From contig CM119374.1 of NCBI GenBank assembly GCA_051294905.1, forward strand, positions 23,126,001-23,190,000: a stretch of DNA of 64,000 bases. The letters run 5' to 3'. The notes beneath the pieces are model-generated. The model made no database searches and was not told the origin of the DNA. It was given only the letters and a program-made list of their open reading frames with translations. The DNA comes from Botryllus schlosseri. Lineage: Eukaryota. How positions within the stretch are numbered: the stretch's first letter is position 1; each line of letters starts with the position of its first letter. Below are positions 62,967-64,000 of the stretch, in pieces. The position numbers and the translations under genes were made by a program.

Positions 62967-64000
62967 TTATGAGGTCTCGGCTACCAATTATCGAAACAAG
63001 CTTACCGGAACATGAACACGCCGTTCCAGACTAACAAATGAGATTACGAAGCCTAGGCAGGCATACCTCGTCACGCAACGTCGCCGATATACTGCGACTG
63101 TTATTGCTTCAGCGACACTTCATCCAACGGCTGAGAACTATGAGGCACAGACGATATCTCAATTCGATATTTTATATGAAGTCCCGTGTATAGGATTGAG
63201 TTTGATCTTCTTTTTCAGATACTTCCGTTTCGTAACATTCACTCATTTCATTCTGTATCTTTCTATGGTTTTGAAAATAGATGTTTAAAGATCGCCCCAA
63301 CGCTTTTTATGTTGATAGTTGAATATTGTATCAGACAGTGATCGTCGTTATACCCTCCAAGCAGACCGCTTAAAGAACAGGACAGATAGTCATGGGATAT
63401 ATAACGACCAATACATGATAAGGTCGCTTGGCCACTACATGGAACTTTCCAGCAAATTCCGACAGCCAAACAATTCGCAGGTTTCCCAAATTAGATTAGA
63501 TTTTGAGTTAAAGCTGCACAGTTATTGCCAAATTAGCTAGTTCATTTTCATAAGCATGATAATTGCAAATATCTGTACACCCGGCTTGGCTCGTTTCGCA
63601 CTAACCAGTTCACCTGTAGCATTTTCAGGAAAACCAGAAATTGGATGGGTATTAAAATTTGAGCATAAAAACATTTCACAAATTTTACTAGAATTAGATT
63701 ACCGGCACATCGCTCAAATTAGACATATAGAATTATCCACTTGTCCAAGTCTGCCTTGGAGTAGGACACGACAATGTGCGATTCATTCTTCATAAATTCC
63801 TGGTCGCATGTAAGCAAAATAGGCATAATCATTATATCCCGCGACTGCGTGGACTCAAAATAGAAGCCGGATTATTCAATGCAGCGGGTCTAAATTAGGA
63901 GAAGGTTATAGCTTACAACAACTACACAAACCGACAGGTATTGCATAAAAGTTGCATAATGTTGTATCACAGTTTAATCCAGGCGGACACAGTGATCACA

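Noticed and set aside
63016-63285. ATG-less open frame with a hydrophobic end as an alternative transmembrane exon
   Set aside because: No suitable acceptor or phase-matched donor was found; the hydrophobicity reflects T-rich UTR sequence.
1-64000. CRISPR arrays, rRNA, operons or prokaryotic defence systems
   Set aside because: The sequence is intron-containing eukaryotic DNA; no repeat-spacer arrays or rRNA-like segments were seen.

Overview
AT-rich metazoan genomic DNA. The short GT-AG introns (many 57-73 nt) and dense MITEs suggest an ascidian/tunicate-like invertebrate chordate; this is inference and the organism is not proven. Positions 1-43,100 hold no confidently identifiable host gene. 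They are a patchwork of transposon material: a P-element derivative with 37-bp perfect TIRs and a perfect 8-bp TSD, a decayed Chapaev3-like element with a duplicated end, a CACTG/EnSpm-like element, about a dozen hAT-type MITEs across the window (some nested, one Tol2-like), two tRNA-derived SINEs, Penelope/LINE/hAT relics, a 138-bp tandem array, and two copies of a 30-36 bp hairpin micro-element with 7-bp TSDs. Positions 43,165-62,966 (+) hold a hand-assembled 31-exon MEGF6-like gene (4914 nt CDS, 1637 aa). It encodes a signal peptide, a Pro/Arg-rich region ending in RTKR, 7 EGF/cbEGF modules, a linker and 24 laminin-type (MEGF) EGF repeats. It ends in a Thr-rich stalk plus an Arg/Tyr-rich tail that I do not recall in vertebrate MEGF6. 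All family assignments come from motif recognition by eye and memory, not from database searches.
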